A stretch of DNA of 64,000 nt from Octopus vulgaris (GCA_951406725.2 OX597833.1:65472001-65536000), one strand, 5' to 3'; shown: positions 1-14,434, numbered from the stretch's first letter. Program-made: numbers and translations. The notes: generated by a model from the sequence alone, not told the origin.

Positions 1-262
1 TGTATGTATGTATGTATGTATGTATGTATGTATGTATGTATGTATGTATGTATGTATGTGTGTATGTGTGCATGTATGCATGTATGTATGTATGTATGTA
101 TGTATGTATGTATGTATGTGTGTATGTGTGTATGTGTGCATGTATGTATGTATGTATGTATGTATGTATGTATGTATGTATGTATGTATGTATGTATGTA
201 TGTATGTATGTATGTATGTATGTATGTATGTATGTATGTATGTATGTATGTATGTATGTATG

Positions 263-294
<32 letters not shown>

Positions 295-482
295 TGTATG
301 TATGTATGTATGTATGTGTGTATGTGTGCATGTATGCATGTATGTATGTATGTATGTATGTATGTATGTATGTATGTATGTATGTATGTATGTATGTATG
401 TATGTGTGTATGTGTGTATGTGTGTGTATGTATGTATGTATGTATGTATGTATGTATGTATGTATGTATGTATGTATGTATG

Positions 483-514
<32 letters not shown>

Positions 515-774
515 TGTATGTATGTATGTATGTATGTATGTATGTATGTATGTATGTATGTATGCATGTATGTATGTATGTATGTATGTATGTATGTATG
601 TATGTGTGTATGTGTATGTATGTATGTATGTATGTATGTATGTATGTATGTATGTATGTATGTATGTATGTATGTATGTATGTATGTATGTGTGTATGTA
701 TGTATGTATGTATGTATGTATGTATGTATGTATGTATGTATGTATGTATGTATGTATGTATGTATGTATGTATG

Positions 775-808
<34 letters not shown>

Positions 809-1035
809 TGTATGTATGTATGTATGTATGTATGCATGTATGTATGTATGTATGCATGTATGTATGCATGTATGTATGTATGTATGTATGTATGTATGTA
901 TGTATGCATGTATGTATGTATGTATGTATGTATGTATGCATGTATGTATGCATGTATGTATGTATGCATGTATGTATGTATGTATGCATGTATGTATGTA
1001 TGCATGTATGTATGGATGTATGTATGTATGTATGT
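1..1035. repeat. (TATG)n tetranucleotide microsatellite, >1 kb, runs off window start
   Basis: Near-pure TATG array with TGTG/CATG variants; the MYVC ORFs are artefacts. Confidence 0.98.
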
Positions 1036-1454
1036 AAATTAAACCTGACCGGTTGTCGCTTTTTGACAGTCTGTACGCTTAGTGACACGACGTAAGGTCT
1101 AATCGAACGTGACAGCTTCTAACACGTCTCGACGGTCTTCTCAGACGTAAGGATAAAGAAATTCATTAGGAAATCGATAGCTTTTCTCATCAGGTCCGTG
1201 TACGTCTGCGTGTGTAGGAGGATGCTCGTACGTATGAGTGGGTATGTGTGCACGCGCGCGTACCTGAGTGTCTCTGTCTGTGTCTGTGTATATGTGTGTG
1301 TGTGTGTGTGTATGTGCAGGTTTGTGAGTGTGCGCGTGTGTAGTGATAAACAACATCAGAAGTACATTCGCCTAATGTTGTTTGACATAAGACTTCCGTC
1401 AAGCAATACAATCGATACTCTGATGTGTGTGTGTATGTATGTATATATATATAC

Positions 1455-1512
<58 letters not shown>

Positions 1513-1624
1513 ATATATGTATATGTATATATATATACATGCATCAATAAATAAATAACTATATACGTGAAAATATATATATATATATTTTACATATACA
1601 TATATAAATATACATAAATATACT

Positions 1625-1662
<38 letters not shown>

Positions 1663-1704
1663 AATATATATATAAGTATATATGCATATATATATATAAA
1701 TATG

Positions 1705-1744
<40 letters not shown>

Positions 1745-2268
1745 TATATATATAAATATATATATATAAGTATATATGCATATATATATATGTATGTATA
1801 AGTATATATGCATATAGAAATGTATATACTCATGCACATATACATACAAACCTACTTAACATGATAGCAAATGAAAAAAATCTATATATAAAACAAATGA
1901 AATTAAATATAGAATATTCGCTGACAGTTCATAACCGTCGAAAAGAAAGTCGATTGTGTTGTTTTTATGAAACCGCTAATTTACAAGTTGTGTAAAATAA
2001 TTGTTTTCATAGATTTCAGGGTTTCAAGTGTCACAAGTTCGTTTACCGTTGATGCCAACACTGTCTGACATAACAACACTTCAGTCTCCGTTGTTTTGCT
2101 TTTGAGTTTGTTGTCTAACTTCGGTGTTTGTTGATTCGTTGTCAACTGAAAGTGGTTTGGGAAATGTTTTTTTTTTTCTATTGGTTTCTGTAAATCATTG
2201 GTTGTGAACGGTGGTGGGGTGGTCTCATGGTCCTTGGGAATCCATTTAAGATTTTTGTTATTATTGAA

Positions 2269-2387
2269 AGTTTCGGCCATATCACGTTGAAAGCACTGGT
2301 TCTCGTCCGATCGCCGAAGTTAAGCAACGTCGAGCCTAGTCAGTACTTAGATGGGTGACCGCTTGGGAAACCTATGTGCTGTAAGCG
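2269..2387 (+). pseudogene. 5S rRNA: Dispersed 5S rRNA copy (probable pseudogene/orphon)
   Basis: TCGGCCATATCACGTTGAAAGCACTGGTTCTCGTCCGATCGCCGAAGTTAAGCAACGTCGAGCC...AGTACTTAGATGGGTGACCGCTTGGGAAACCTATGTGCTGTAAGC matches metazoan/mollusc 5S with box A (AGTTAAGC) and box C. The 5' strand of helix I is damaged (GTTTCGGC vs the GCTTACGGC expected from the 3' strand GCTGTAAGC). TTTT at 2395-2398. Confidence 0.9.
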
Positions 2388-2401
2388 TCACGCATTTTAT
2401 C

Positions 2402-2575
2402 GGCGAAGGAGTGGTTGTGTAGTAAGTAGCTTGCTTACGAACCACATTGTTCCGGGTTCAGTCCCACTGCGTGGCACTTTGGACAAGTGTCTTCTACTAT
2501 AGCCTCGGGCCGACCAAATACTTGTCAGTAGTGGATTTGGTAGACGGATACTGAAAGAAGCCCGTCGTATATATG

Positions 2576-2616
<41 letters not shown>

Positions 2617-2812
2617 TTGTGTCTGTGTTTGTCCCCCTAGCATTGCTTGACAACCGATGCTGGTATGTTTATGTCCCCGTCACTTAGCGGTTCGGTAAAA
2701 GAGACCGATAGAATAAGTACTGGGCTTACAAAGAATAAGTCCCGGGGTCGATTTGCTCGACTAAAGGCGGTGCTCCAGCATGGCCGCAGTCAAATGACTG
2801 AAACAAGTAGAA
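2402..2812 (+). mobile_element. tRNA-derived SINE family A (full length; partial duplicate of 3' half at ~2820-2945)
   Basis: A/B-box head (GGAGTGGTTGTGTAGTAAG...GGTTCAGTCCC), internal (TA)n(TG)n, tail ...CCAGCATGGCCGCAGTCAAATGACTGAAACAAGTA; many copies in window. Confidence 0.9.
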
Positions 2813-2815
2813 AAA

Positions 2816-2851
<36 letters not shown>

Positions 2852-3889
2852 CTGTTTGTGTGTCTGTGTTTGCCCCCCCCCCCCCAACATCGCTTGACAA
2901 CCGATGCTGGTGTGTTTACGTCCCCGTAACTTATTGCGTCGGACAAAATGCTTAGAAGTTCTTCAACGGACGCTTTACGTTTTGAGTTTACTTTCACCGA
3001 AGTCAATTTCACCCTTTACCGTTTCAACATAAGCTTCGCCAAGTTCACCAGGAATAATCTTCCCTCAGTAGTTTACTTCACATGACCTGTCACCACAGTC
3101 TTATCCTTTTTTTTTCTGACACGAATTTAGAACGCTTCGTGCAGCAATTTCACGACATCACGAGAATTAACATTTATGTATATAAAAAGAAATATCTCGT
3201 GGTAGATAATCCTACTTTTGTCTTCATATTTATGACTAATATTCATCCGCTATTACACCTACTTTCATAATATGCATTGTTATATCTACCAACCACATCA
3301 CAGATCACTTGGAACAGCTGTAAAGACAAGATCTAATTGCATTATGTAAGTATATATGTGGTTTTTCCATTCACATAGAAGGGATAAATTGGAAAACTCA
3401 ACAAGTACATATCGAGTATCCTTCAAAGCAATATTATAACAGAAAAACTCATAATACCATTATCCAGAGAATAGTATGTTTCAGATTATTCAATTAGTAA
3501 TCCGAGCCTGTTTTCTCTTGAATAATCCGTTTGAATATATTTTGAAATATTATACGTGAGTTATGAAAGAAATGTCTATCTGTATATTTTATGCGCAAAA
3601 GAAAAGAATTATAAATAAATGTGGATCTTGTAATATCGGATATTTCGAATTGATTTTTAGTTTGGCTTCTCATAGGAATATATGTATATAACGTGGTAAG
3701 GGTTAAAATCAACAGAGTGTCTCCACGAAGCACATTTGCTTATTTCAGTATTCTAAATAGATGTTATGTTTGTGTGAGATATGCATAAGAGTTGCAAATA
3801 CTGGGAAAAATTGTCTGCAGTGTGATAACATCAAAGCAAGTAGAAAGCTGTTGTGTAAAACACACTGCACGACTAAATTTTATTTCAAA

Positions 3890-4238
3890 CTAGCAGTATC
3901 GCTAAATAAAGTAAAAAATTTGGATTATGTAGCTTGTTATTCTCTTTAAGTGAACATTTTTCTGGTTGAAATACACCGAAAAATGGCGACACAGCCGTCA
4001 AAAAATCGTCAAAAATAGGGATTTTCATAGAACCCCCCCCCTTTTTGATGTAAATAATTTTTGGTGTTAACATGGTCCGATTTGAATTTTTGGTTCTACG
4101 GAAGGAATAGCAAGCCTTCATCTATCATACTCTCAATTTTGGTCAACTTGCGCCGCAGGGTCTCGGAGGAGATAGTGTTAGTTGAAGGCTACCAAACCTG
4201 CCATACACAGACAACTTCAGCTTTATATATATATATAT
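3890..4238 (-). mobile_element. Non-autonomous Helitron type 1 (3' hairpin deleted)
   Basis: Reverse complement of 4597-4987; ends CTAG|T but lacks the CCCGAGCAACGCCGGG segment. Confidence 0.85.
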
Positions 4239-4596
4239 AAATTGTACGAATAGCGTACCTCTATGTGTCTATGCGCATGTATAAGTGTTTGTTTGAATGT
4301 GTATTTGTGTGTGTTTATGTGTGGGGGTTTTGTTTGTGCATGTGTGTATGTTTGTGTTTATGTTCCGAGAAAGAAATTTTCGCAAAATGTCTACGTTATT
4401 CGAACATGATATTCAATGACGCCTAGAGAATAAACAAGTCCCATTGTATCTCTTTAACAATACTGTTCTACCCACCTCAAAAATCTATGATGGCTACAAA
4501 GAAAACGGAAGATGTTCAACCAAGTGCACGTGGTATATATCCAGGAGCATTCAGCAGTCACAGGGACCCAGATCATAAAAAAATATCGAAACAAAA

Positions 4597-4987
4597 TCTC
4601 TCTCTATATAAAGCTGAAGTTGTCTGTGTGTGGCAGGTTTGGTAGCCTTCAACTAACACTATCCCCTCCAAGACCCTGCAGCGCAAGTTGACCAAAATTG
4701 AGAGTATGATAGAAGAAGGCTTGCTCTTCATTCCGTAGAAGATAAAATTCAAATCGGACCATGTTAACACCAACATTTATTTACATCAAAAAGGTGCTTT
4801 TTTCTATGAAAATCCCTATTTTTTATGATTTTTTGACTACTCTGTCGCCATTTTTCGGTGTATTTCAACCAGAAAAATGTTCACTTAATGAGAATAACAA
4901 GCTACATAATGCAACATTTTTACTTTTCAAAAATTCCAATTCTAAAGGGTCGAAACAAACCCGAGCAACGCCGGGCGGTACTGCTAG
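4597..4987 (+). mobile_element. Non-autonomous Helitron type 1
   Basis: A|TC start, subterminal hairpin CCCGAGCAACGCCGGG, CTAG|T end, no TSD. Confidence 0.88.
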
Positions 4988-5654
4988 TTGGAAATAAAGG
5001 AGTTTTGCACTCGGCGCACGATACTGATATTCTTGTACCTTTTAAGTAACCGAATTAGGTCCTGCATAGAACATATGATACAGACTCAGGTGAGTAGGTA
5101 TGGAGTGATGTTTAAGCTGAAGGCTTGGACTGAATTCCTGGAAGTAATGTATAGTCACCAAACGCAATTAAAGTACCATGATTTGGTGTCACACCAAGTG
5201 AACATTAGGACAACCTCCTTGTATTTAACCGTCCACGACAAACAAAAACACGAAGAAACTACGAAGCGTATATGGATTTTGTGTTGTGTGTATATATGTG
5301 TGTTTGTTTGTATGTGTGAGGTGGTGTTTAAAAGAGTGAAATGAATGTACAAAAAGTAAAAAAAAAACAATTCTATTTGCAAATTTTATTGAAAAAATCA
5401 TAAAAATATATTTTTTCAAATCTATGAATAATTATCATCAACGAGACTTAGAGATAGAAATCTTGTTGTTTGCGTGAGCCATTGTGTGTAAGTGAAGTTC
5501 TTTGTGTATTGGTATGTGTGTGCGTGTGTATGTGTGTGTACGTGTGTGTGTACATAGATATACATATATATATATACAAGTATGTAAGTATATATGTATG
5601 TCTATATGATTATGTATGTATGTATGTATATATTTTATATATATATAGGTATAT

Positions 5655-5739
<85 letters not shown>

Positions 5740-6159
5740 TAGATATAGATCTATATAAATATACATATAGATAGATAAAGATCTATATAAATATATATAT
5801 ATGTATTTATTTATATACACACACACTGTTACACACAGGAATGTATATGTGCCCGTGTATGGTTGTGTATATGTGTATAAATGTGTATGGTTGTGTATAT
5901 GTGTATAAATGTGTGCGTATTTGTGTAGTTATATATATATACTCGAATGTGCGTATGTGTGTATATATATGCTCGTATTTGTGTATATATGTGAGTGTGC
6001 GTTGAAAGCGGAATTCATTTTGTTGTTTAAATGTTATTTTGTCTCCTACGTTAAACATCTTCCAGCTGCACTTAAAGAAGAGGAGAAGGAAACAGAAGAG
6101 AAATGGAGATATAGATGTTGGAAGAGGTGGTGGCGGTGTGGGGGATGAAGAACGATAAG

Positions 6160-6695
6160 TATAAAGGAATTATGTTGAAGATCAGGATGATAATGCTGAT
6201 GATGGCGACTGCGATGAGGAGTTCTTCAATGATGGCGACGGTGATCAGGAGAAGGATGACAGCGATGGCGATGGTGGATATTATGAAAATGCGGATAAAG
6301 ATGAGGATGATGATGATGATGATGATGTGGCGGAGTATGAAGATGTAAATGCCGGTTATTGTGGTGGTAGTGGTATCTCTGAAGGTGATGCTGACGATGG
6401 CGCTTCCTATGGCAGTAACGATGATGGTGATGATGATAATGATGATGATGATGATGAGGAGGAGGAGGAGGATGGTGATGTTGATGATGATTGTTATGAT
6501 GATGAGGAGGAGGAAGGGGAGGAGGAGGAGAATGATGTTGAAGATGATGATGGTGATGTGGATGATAATTGTGGTGATGATGGTGATGATGACGGTGATT
6601 GTGAGGATGATGATGGTGAAGATGATGATGGTGATGATATTGATGATATTGATGATGACGTTGATGATGATGATGGTGATGGTGATCTTGATGAA

Positions 6696-6737
<42 letters not shown>

Positions 6738-6950
6738 GGTGATGATGGTGAAAATGATGATGATGATGATGGTTAGTGGTTCTGGTGATGTTGATTGACG
6801 ACGATGTCTGCAATGATGACCACAAACCTATGAGACCGATGATGACGGGGCTGACACGACAACAACGACGACGACGACGACGATGATGATGATGATGACA
6901 ACGACGACGACGACGATGATACTGATGATGATGACGATGATGATGTTCAA
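6160..6950. repeat. Degenerate (GAT/GAG/GAC)n trinucleotide low-complexity tract
   Basis: Mixed GAT/GGT/GAG/GAC arrays producing poly-D/M/H ORFs. Confidence 0.9.
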
Positions 6951-7518
6951 ATATACAATTGTCATTTCGCACACTGTGCCCTTCCCACCACCGCCCTATC
7001 TCTCTCACACACACACACACTTCACCACCAGCCCTCCTCCACCCCCGTTATTTTCTATCATATCATCTCTGTCACGTGGTTTCTACTTCACAAACCTAAA
7101 CCATCGCATAAGTAGGAAACTATATAAAAAAAAACAAATATCTTTTGAAGCCTTCCAACTAGCCGAGTCTTGCAACCTGATTATCACACAGCCTGAGTTT
7201 ATATTTTTATCTATTCTAATACGATTTCTATCTAGTTTTTCTATGTTTGTTTGCCTTCCAGCTTGGAGGGCCATGTTTCACGATAAAACTGGATTGCGCT
7301 ACACAAGCTGAAACGATGGCAAAGGTCAACAGAACGCATCCAGCTTTCGCTGTTTTTTTTTTTTGTCCTTGAGACAAGACATATAATAACGCTGTCAACA
7401 GCGCAGTCCGTTTGGCTGGCAATAGATTCCACAGATGAGGAACACACCTCACCCTTTACATGGCAGTGTCTACAGTGATATTCCAGTTTTGTTGTTGTTG
7501 TTGTTGTTGTCGTCATTT

Positions 7519-7780
7519 GTGGTGATCTGGCAGAATGGTTAGCACCCCCGGGTAAAAATGCCTAGCGGCTTTACGTCCGTCTTCACGTTCGATTTATGCC
7601 GAGCTCGACTTTGACTTTCGTCCTTCCGGGGACGAATAAATGAATACCAGTTGAGTACTGAGGTCGATGTAATCGCTGGCCTTCTTCCAAAATTTGAAAT
7701 AATAATCATCCTCATCACCAACACCACCACCACCATCATCATTATTCTCCTCATCTTCATCATCATTATCGTCATCATCG

Positions 7781-7820
<40 letters not shown>

Positions 7821-8050
7821 CATCATCAATATTGTCATTATTGTCAAGGTGGCGAGCTAGCAGAATCGTTAGCACGCCGGACGATATTCTTAGCGGCATT
7901 TCGTCTGTCTTTACGTTCTGAGTTCAAATTACGCCGAGGTCGACTTTGCCTTTCATCCTATCGGGGATGATAAAATAAGTACCAGTTGAACACTGGGGTC
8001 GATGTAATCCACTTAACCCCTACCACGAAGTTGCTGGCTAATGCCAAACT
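7519..8050 (+). mobile_element. Two SINE family B copies (7519-7700, 7848-8050) separated by (ATC)n
   Basis: Head GGCGAGCTGGCAGAATCGTTAGCACGCC..., body GTCGACTTTGCCTTTCATCC...GATAAAATAAGTACCAG. Confidence 0.85.
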
Positions 8051-8065
8051 TATCATCATCATCAA

Positions 8066-8098
<33 letters not shown>

Positions 8099-8103
8099 TA
8101 TTA

Positions 8104-8169
<66 letters not shown>

Positions 8170-8183
8170 CATTATTATTATTA

Positions 8184-8250
<67 letters not shown>

Positions 8251-8255
8251 TATTA

Positions 8256-8670
8256 TACACTCGACAGATTAGACAGTTGGAAACGAAATGCATGCTAACA
8301 TCGGGCTACAACAAGTACCAAGAACCCTCCTACTGGGTTACAGCATGTAACCTTCGATGTCAAGAACCCTCCTATCTATCCTCGCTGTCCCTAATAACAC
8401 TGTTTTCTGCAGCTGTACTAAACTGAGGTTTACGCCTATTTCATCTATCCATCTTTTGAGAATTTTAGAGATATTTCCTAATGCACCCATAACTACTCAG
8501 TTACATTTTACCCGCAGTTTCCATAGTCTCTCTAATACAAAAGCTAGGTCCTGGTACTTTGCTATTTTTTTCTATACTTCTCGTATTAAATTTTTCCATC
8601 ATTCCAATCAATTATCTGGCATTTTCTATCTTCTTTATCTACAACTACCAAATCACGCCTTCCAGCTTTT
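8256..8670 (-). mobile_element. Degenerate 3' end of an R4/Dong-type non-LTR retrotransposon
   Basis: Minus strand translates, with frameshift/stops, as LVVVDKEDRKCQIID...KIAKYQDL...LWKL...VVMGALGNISK...LQKTVLLGTARI, the RLE C-terminus. The 3' end runs into (TAA)n at 8097-8255. Confidence 0.75.
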
Positions 8671-8732
8671 GTTTGAGTTTTCTCTTCTATTAGTTTGTTC
8701 TATATTGTGCCGTTTGTGCAGTGCAGATTGTA

Positions 8733-8935
8733 TTCTTCTTCTTCTTCTTCTTCTTCTTCTTCTTCTTCTTCTTCTTCTTCTTCTCATTCTTCTCCTTCTT
8801 CTTCTTCTTCTCCTTCTTTTCCTTCTTCTTCTTTTCCTTGTTTTTCTCCTTCTTCTTCTTCTTCTTCTTCTTCTCATTCTTCTCCTTCTTCTTCTTCTCC
8901 TTCTTTTCCTTCTTCTTCTTTTCCTTGTTTTTCTC

Positions 8936-9028
<93 letters not shown>

Positions 9029-9060
9029 AATAATATTATTATTATTATTATTCTTTTTCT
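8733..9060. repeat. Compound (TTC)n/(TTA)n microsatellite with internal ~90-bp duplication
   Basis: CTCATTCTTCTCC...CCTTGTTTTTCTCC unit occurs twice within the TTC array. Confidence 0.9.
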
Positions 9061-9545
9061 TTCTCTTTTTCTTCTTCTTGTTCATCATCTTCTACTTCTT
9101 CTTATTCTCATTATTATTTTTTTGAAGACGTCGCACTGTATCCAATATCGTTATTTTTTTAAATTCAAGATGTAGTGTAGACCTGTAGCGTTGATTGAAG
9201 ATGTAGTGAACTGTAGACCTGTGAGTCGAAGAGAAGGAATTGGAGGGAGCACTTACTCTTGGTGTTCAGGGAAATCTCGAACAGTGGGATTCCCCGATTA
9301 TCCCTAGAGGTCTTTCTGTATCAGGAGGGCCACATCTCTTTCATCCTCCCCGCCACACTTTTTAAACGTTTGTATGCTATTTATATGTTCTTTTGTCAGT
9401 GTATACCCTGCATCTTTTCTCCTCTTTTATAATTTCATTATATCTATATATCCCCAGACTTTATGTTTGCCCTTGAATTGTCCTCTTCACCCTTTGCCCC
9501 TATGGCAAAGAAATGCAATTATTATTATTATTATTATTTTTTTTT

Positions 9546-9709
9546 TTCTTCTTTCAAATTTGCTTCCATTTCTTGCGGCGTGTCTTCCCGACTCCTAGGG
9601 CAAAGAAACTCATAGTATACATTGGTAGGCCATTAAACCAAACTCAATAGTTCGTTCATTTTTTTTCTTTTTTAAGTTATATTAAAATACATGAGCAGCA
9701 ACAGTTCTC

Positions 9710-9712
<3 letters not shown>
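9546..9712 (-). mobile_element. Probable 3' UTR of another Dong/R4-like element
   Basis: Flanked by (ATT)n on both sides; minus-strand end (CCTAGGAGTCGGGAAGACAC...AAATGGAAGCAAA) loosely resembles the 3' UTR at 32410-32470. Confidence 0.45.
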
Positions 9713-9770
<58 letters not shown>

Positions 9771-9772
9771 TA

Positions 9773-9835
<63 letters not shown>

Positions 9836-10231
9836 GTTATTATTATTATTGGCAGAAACTCTTGCAGTGATAATATATTGGAAAATTCACGAGACAAATA
9901 TAAATATCATTACCGTCATTAAAAAGGGTTACATCATTGGTGGAAGAAGCGGAGTTAATTGGGAACTTCTATAAATAAGTATTCCTAAAATAGATAATTA
10001 AGTAAATAAATAGATGGATAATTAAATGAGTGGATAAATAAATGAATAAAAGAAAACAAAATGAAATTAACGAAAACATAAAAATGACGATGTCTCGAGA
10101 GAATTTTGATGAAAGCTAAATATTTAAAAGTGGAGAGTTATCTCAAATTAAAATCATCCTCTGTGTATTGAAAGGAAAGGATTGGGAGACAGAATAAACG
10201 AAAATAAATTAAAAATTATATATGTATAATA

Positions 10232-10398
10232 GACGCAGGAGTGGCTGTGTGGTAAGTAGCTTGCTAACCAACCACATGGTTCCGGGTTCAGTCCCATTGC
10301 GTGGCATCTTGGGCAAGTGTCTTCTGCTATAGCCCCGGGCCGACCAATGCCTTGTGAGTGGATTTGGTAGACGGAAACTGAAAGAAGCCTGTCGTATA

Positions 10399-10451
<53 letters not shown>

Positions 10452-10615
10452 TTGTGTGCTGGTGTGTTTACATCCCCGTCACTTAGCGGTTCGGCAAAAA
10501 GAGACCGATAGAATAAGTACTGGGCTTACAAAGAATAAGTCCCGGGGTCGATTTGCTCGACTAAAGGCGGTGCTCCAGCATGGCCGCAGTCAAATGACTG
10601 AAACAAGTAAAAGAA
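10232..10615 (+). mobile_element. SINE family A
   Basis: Same head/body/tail as 2402-2812; small deletion after the internal microsatellite. Confidence 0.9.
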
Positions 10616-11011
10616 AAAAAAAAAGAAAAAAATGTATGTATATATATATATATATATATATAACTGAAAATAGCAGAAGGAATTTTTTTATGAAGTGTGG
10701 AGGTAATGGCCATGTGAAAATGCATCTTTGACCTTAAACCATTCTTTTTTTTTATTCTTTAGAAAACAGAGGTTTCGAGGTTAAACCAAGCTGCCTTCCT
10801 TGTAGACAGATATATAGAATTATGACATTGGTGGAACCATAGGTGAATCGATCGGTTCGATTGAGAAGCGGGAATATGGAAGACGACGGTGATAGTGTTC
10901 TGTAATAAATCCAGACTATTGCTGGTAATATAGATTTTTTCCTGACGTTGCTACAAGGTCATAGATACAAACACACACATATATGAATATATATGAATAT
11001 ATATATATATA

Positions 11012-11099
<88 letters not shown>

Positions 11100-11749
11100 T
11101 ACATGGGTGTCTTCGACATGTTGAAGGTAGTGCACATAACCTTTTACAAGTGATCTATTCTGCTGCGATCGACTGTATCGATTTATTTGAGATTTAGCAG
11201 GAGAACAAGGTGCCACAGAAACCCACCAACAAAGGAACCGTTAAGTGCTTGCTTGATTTGCTGGAAATCGTTTGCTAGAAATCGTGACAAAATTGCTCCC
11301 CATTCTTTGCGTATTCGCCTAAGTAGAAACGAGATATTAAATAGCGTTGTCTTTGATGTGTCTTTAAAGAGGAAACAGTTAGGACAAGAAAAACGTCTGT
11401 GACAGTTCTCTGCTTTATCAATTTAAAGAGCAACAGCCAATACTTCATGGAATATCATTGTTTTGTCTTATGTAAATGAAGAACGTGTTAGCTGGTGCAG
11501 CCCAATATGAACAACACGCTGCCTGGAATCGAAAACGAATAGCCACGAAAGGATTGCATTAGGTTATAGACCAGTTCAGTTAAGGCTAGCCTGGAGGTAA
11601 AGAAAAACAGACACAACGAGAGACATCAGGGAGAAAATGTACATGTATTTAAAACATTTTCAAGTCATATATGGAGGAGAAATTTGATAATGAGGTTATG
11701 AATGAATAGAGGACTCTTGAGTATTCATAGACACATCCATTCATTCTTC

Positions 11750-12430
11750 CAAATAGCCATCCATCCATCCATTCATACATACTTACATACATGAATACAT
11801 GCATACATACAGGCAGACATATATACATATATACATGCATGCGTGCATAATACATACAGGCATACATATATACATGCATACATACAAACATGCATACATA
11901 CATGCATACATACATGCATGTGTACATACATAAATACAAACATATATGCATGCATGTAAACATACATACATACAGGCATGCGTACATACATAAATACAAA
12001 CATGCATAAATACATAAATTACATACATACATGCATATATGCATGCATGCATACATGCATGCATACATGCATGCGTACATACATAAATATATACATATAT
12101 ACATACATGCATGCGTACATACATACATACGTACATAATACATACATACAAGCATACTAACATGCATACATACATATATGCATGCGTATATACATAAATA
12201 CAAGCATGCATACATACAGGCATGCATTGATACACATACATGCATATATGCATGGGTACATACATACAAGCTTGCATACATAGTACATACATACATACAT
12301 AAATACATACATACATATATACATACATACATACATACATACATACATACGTGCACACATACACACATGCATACATATATACACACATACATATATGCAT
12401 ACATACATACATGCTTACATATATGAATCT
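11750..12430. repeat. Degenerate (CATA/CATG)n tract
   Basis: Purine-pyrimidine alternating repeats. Confidence 0.9.
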
Positions 12431-13597
12431 ATATATCTATTTACAAATGGCTATGTCTATGTACATGTGGGTGTATATTAATCTATATGAGTAAGAGATC
12501 TTATTAAATAGACGTAATAGACATTATTTATCAAATATTAAGAGTCTTTACCGATAATTTCGTAGTGCTTACCACAACATTCATATCAATTTTGGCAAAT
12601 AAAATGACTCACATTTAGCCGTGTTTACTGTGAAATCAGATAACATTAAACAGAAATTTCTGACTAGTGAGTGGGGGGCGCAATGGCGATTGTCGGATAC
12701 ATTTGAAGGAGAAGACAAACAAGGAGAATAGATTGGAGGAGAGAGATGAACAGACATGAGACAGTAGTAGAAGAGATAGAGAAAAAAAAAAGAAAGATGG
12801 CGTAAGTGACGGCAGCGCGAAAGTGAAAGTAGATATAAATGAACGTAACTAGGAAATGAAATGAAATGAAAATATAGAGAAAATTAAACTTCAGTGAAAA
12901 CTCAAAATAAATAAATAAATATAGGATAAATGGAAGAGAGAAAGAGAGAGAGAGAAGCAGACAGAGAGACAGTAATAATAGAAGCAGGCCGCAGAATGGT
13001 GATGTAATAACGGTGGTGGAAATTTGAAAATGTGGGAACTAAACTTTCGTTACATCGTTGTAAGAAATGCGACGATAATGTGGTTCATTGAAAAGCAATT
13101 ACGTCTGTATTTATAGTAAACGCAGGAGGTTATCTGAAGCTTTTAAAAGTCTCTTTGGCTCGATTTTCTGATCGACGATCATCCGGTGTGTGACGGGTCA
13201 GAAAAGTAGATTTAATTAGTCCTGTTCGGAGTAGACAATTAGGCGGCTGATTTCTGTGCAAATAGCGTTGGAGCTAATAGCACAGACTAGCTACTTGTTA
13301 GTGATTTCGATATATTGCGCATTTACGGATATATATATATATATTATGTATGTATGTATGCATATATACATGTATGTGTGCATCCGTACGTATACATACA
13401 TCATGGTCACACAGCTATATGCATAAAACCACAAACGTACAAGAGTGTGCATTTATACATCATTCATATGTATAGGCATACCATCTCAAACATGTATGTA
13501 TAAGTACACATATATATATGCGTGTGTGTGTGTGTGTTTGTATATATATGTATACACATATATATATATACACATATATGCATATAAACACACACAA

Positions 13598-13708
<111 letters not shown>

Positions 13709-14296
13709 CATACATACATAGGACAGATACATACCTATCTTCTTTCATTTTGTTGCAGCTTCATGAAACTGTACGATTCACTAAAGAAATATCTTCTAAT
13801 GTTGGAAATGAATTTTAAAAAACCAACCATATAAAGCAATAAAAGAAACAAGCAGAATTCTTATAGATTTTTCTGACAAAACTAAAAAATATTAACGTTT
13901 GTTTTATTATTTCTCTTTGGGAGGAATTTTTTTTTTAGAAATTCTTTTCTGTAGTAATGTAAAAATTATATTAAAATTGATAATAGGTAGGAAATTCTTT
14001 CTACAGAAATTGAAAACTGATTATATATATGGCTGTATATAATTGTTTAGATGATTTATTTATTAGACTGTAGTCATGCTGAGGCACCGTCTCCAAGAAT
14101 TTTAGACAAAAGAATCGAAACCAGTTCTTGCGTTTTAAAGCCCGGTATATATTCTAACGATCGATAATTTACGAAAACGTAAACACAGGAATACCATTGC
14201 CGGGAGTTGGCTGGAAATAAATACACACACACACATACACACACACACATACAGCATATATATTTATATATACATAAATATGAAACAAGGCGAGAA

Positions 14297-14373
14297 AATA
14301 CTACAGCCGTTTCGGTGATAACCTAAGTGGTAGGTTAGCATGTCCACGCACGGGATATTCCTTCATCAGAGAC
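14297..14373 (-). ncRNA. Hammerhead ribozyme-like motif (long helix II type)
   Basis: Minus: GTCT CTGATGA A GG...TAACCTA CCACT TAGGTTA TCA CC GAAA C GGCT GTA. Core is canonical, helix I is degenerate. Confidence 0.55.
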
Positions 14374-14434
14374 AAGGTATGCAAATTCTAGACAGGTCAC
14401 ATTTACATTTTACAAGTATTGATATAGAATAAAT

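Noticed and set aside
4-1095. Three 340-360 aa ORFs (MYVC repeats) and the many YI/CV/TH-rich ORFs across the window
   Set aside because: Translations of stop-free microsatellites; no coding signal
1120-1200. Minus-strand CTGATGAGAAAA and CTGAGAAGACCGTCGAGACG as possible hammerheads
   Set aside because: No helix II in the first; core too degenerate and no helix I in the second
1981-2280. 99-aa minus-strand ORF with possible AG/GT boundaries (~2047-2187)
   Set aside because: No recognisable domain, weak polypyrimidine tract, no partner exons
6226-7020. Poly-His / poly-Asp / poly-Met ORFs resembling metal-binding, biomineral or reflectin-like proteins
   Set aside because: Degenerate GAT trinucleotide tract open in several frames on both strands; no reflectin motif, signal peptide or splice context
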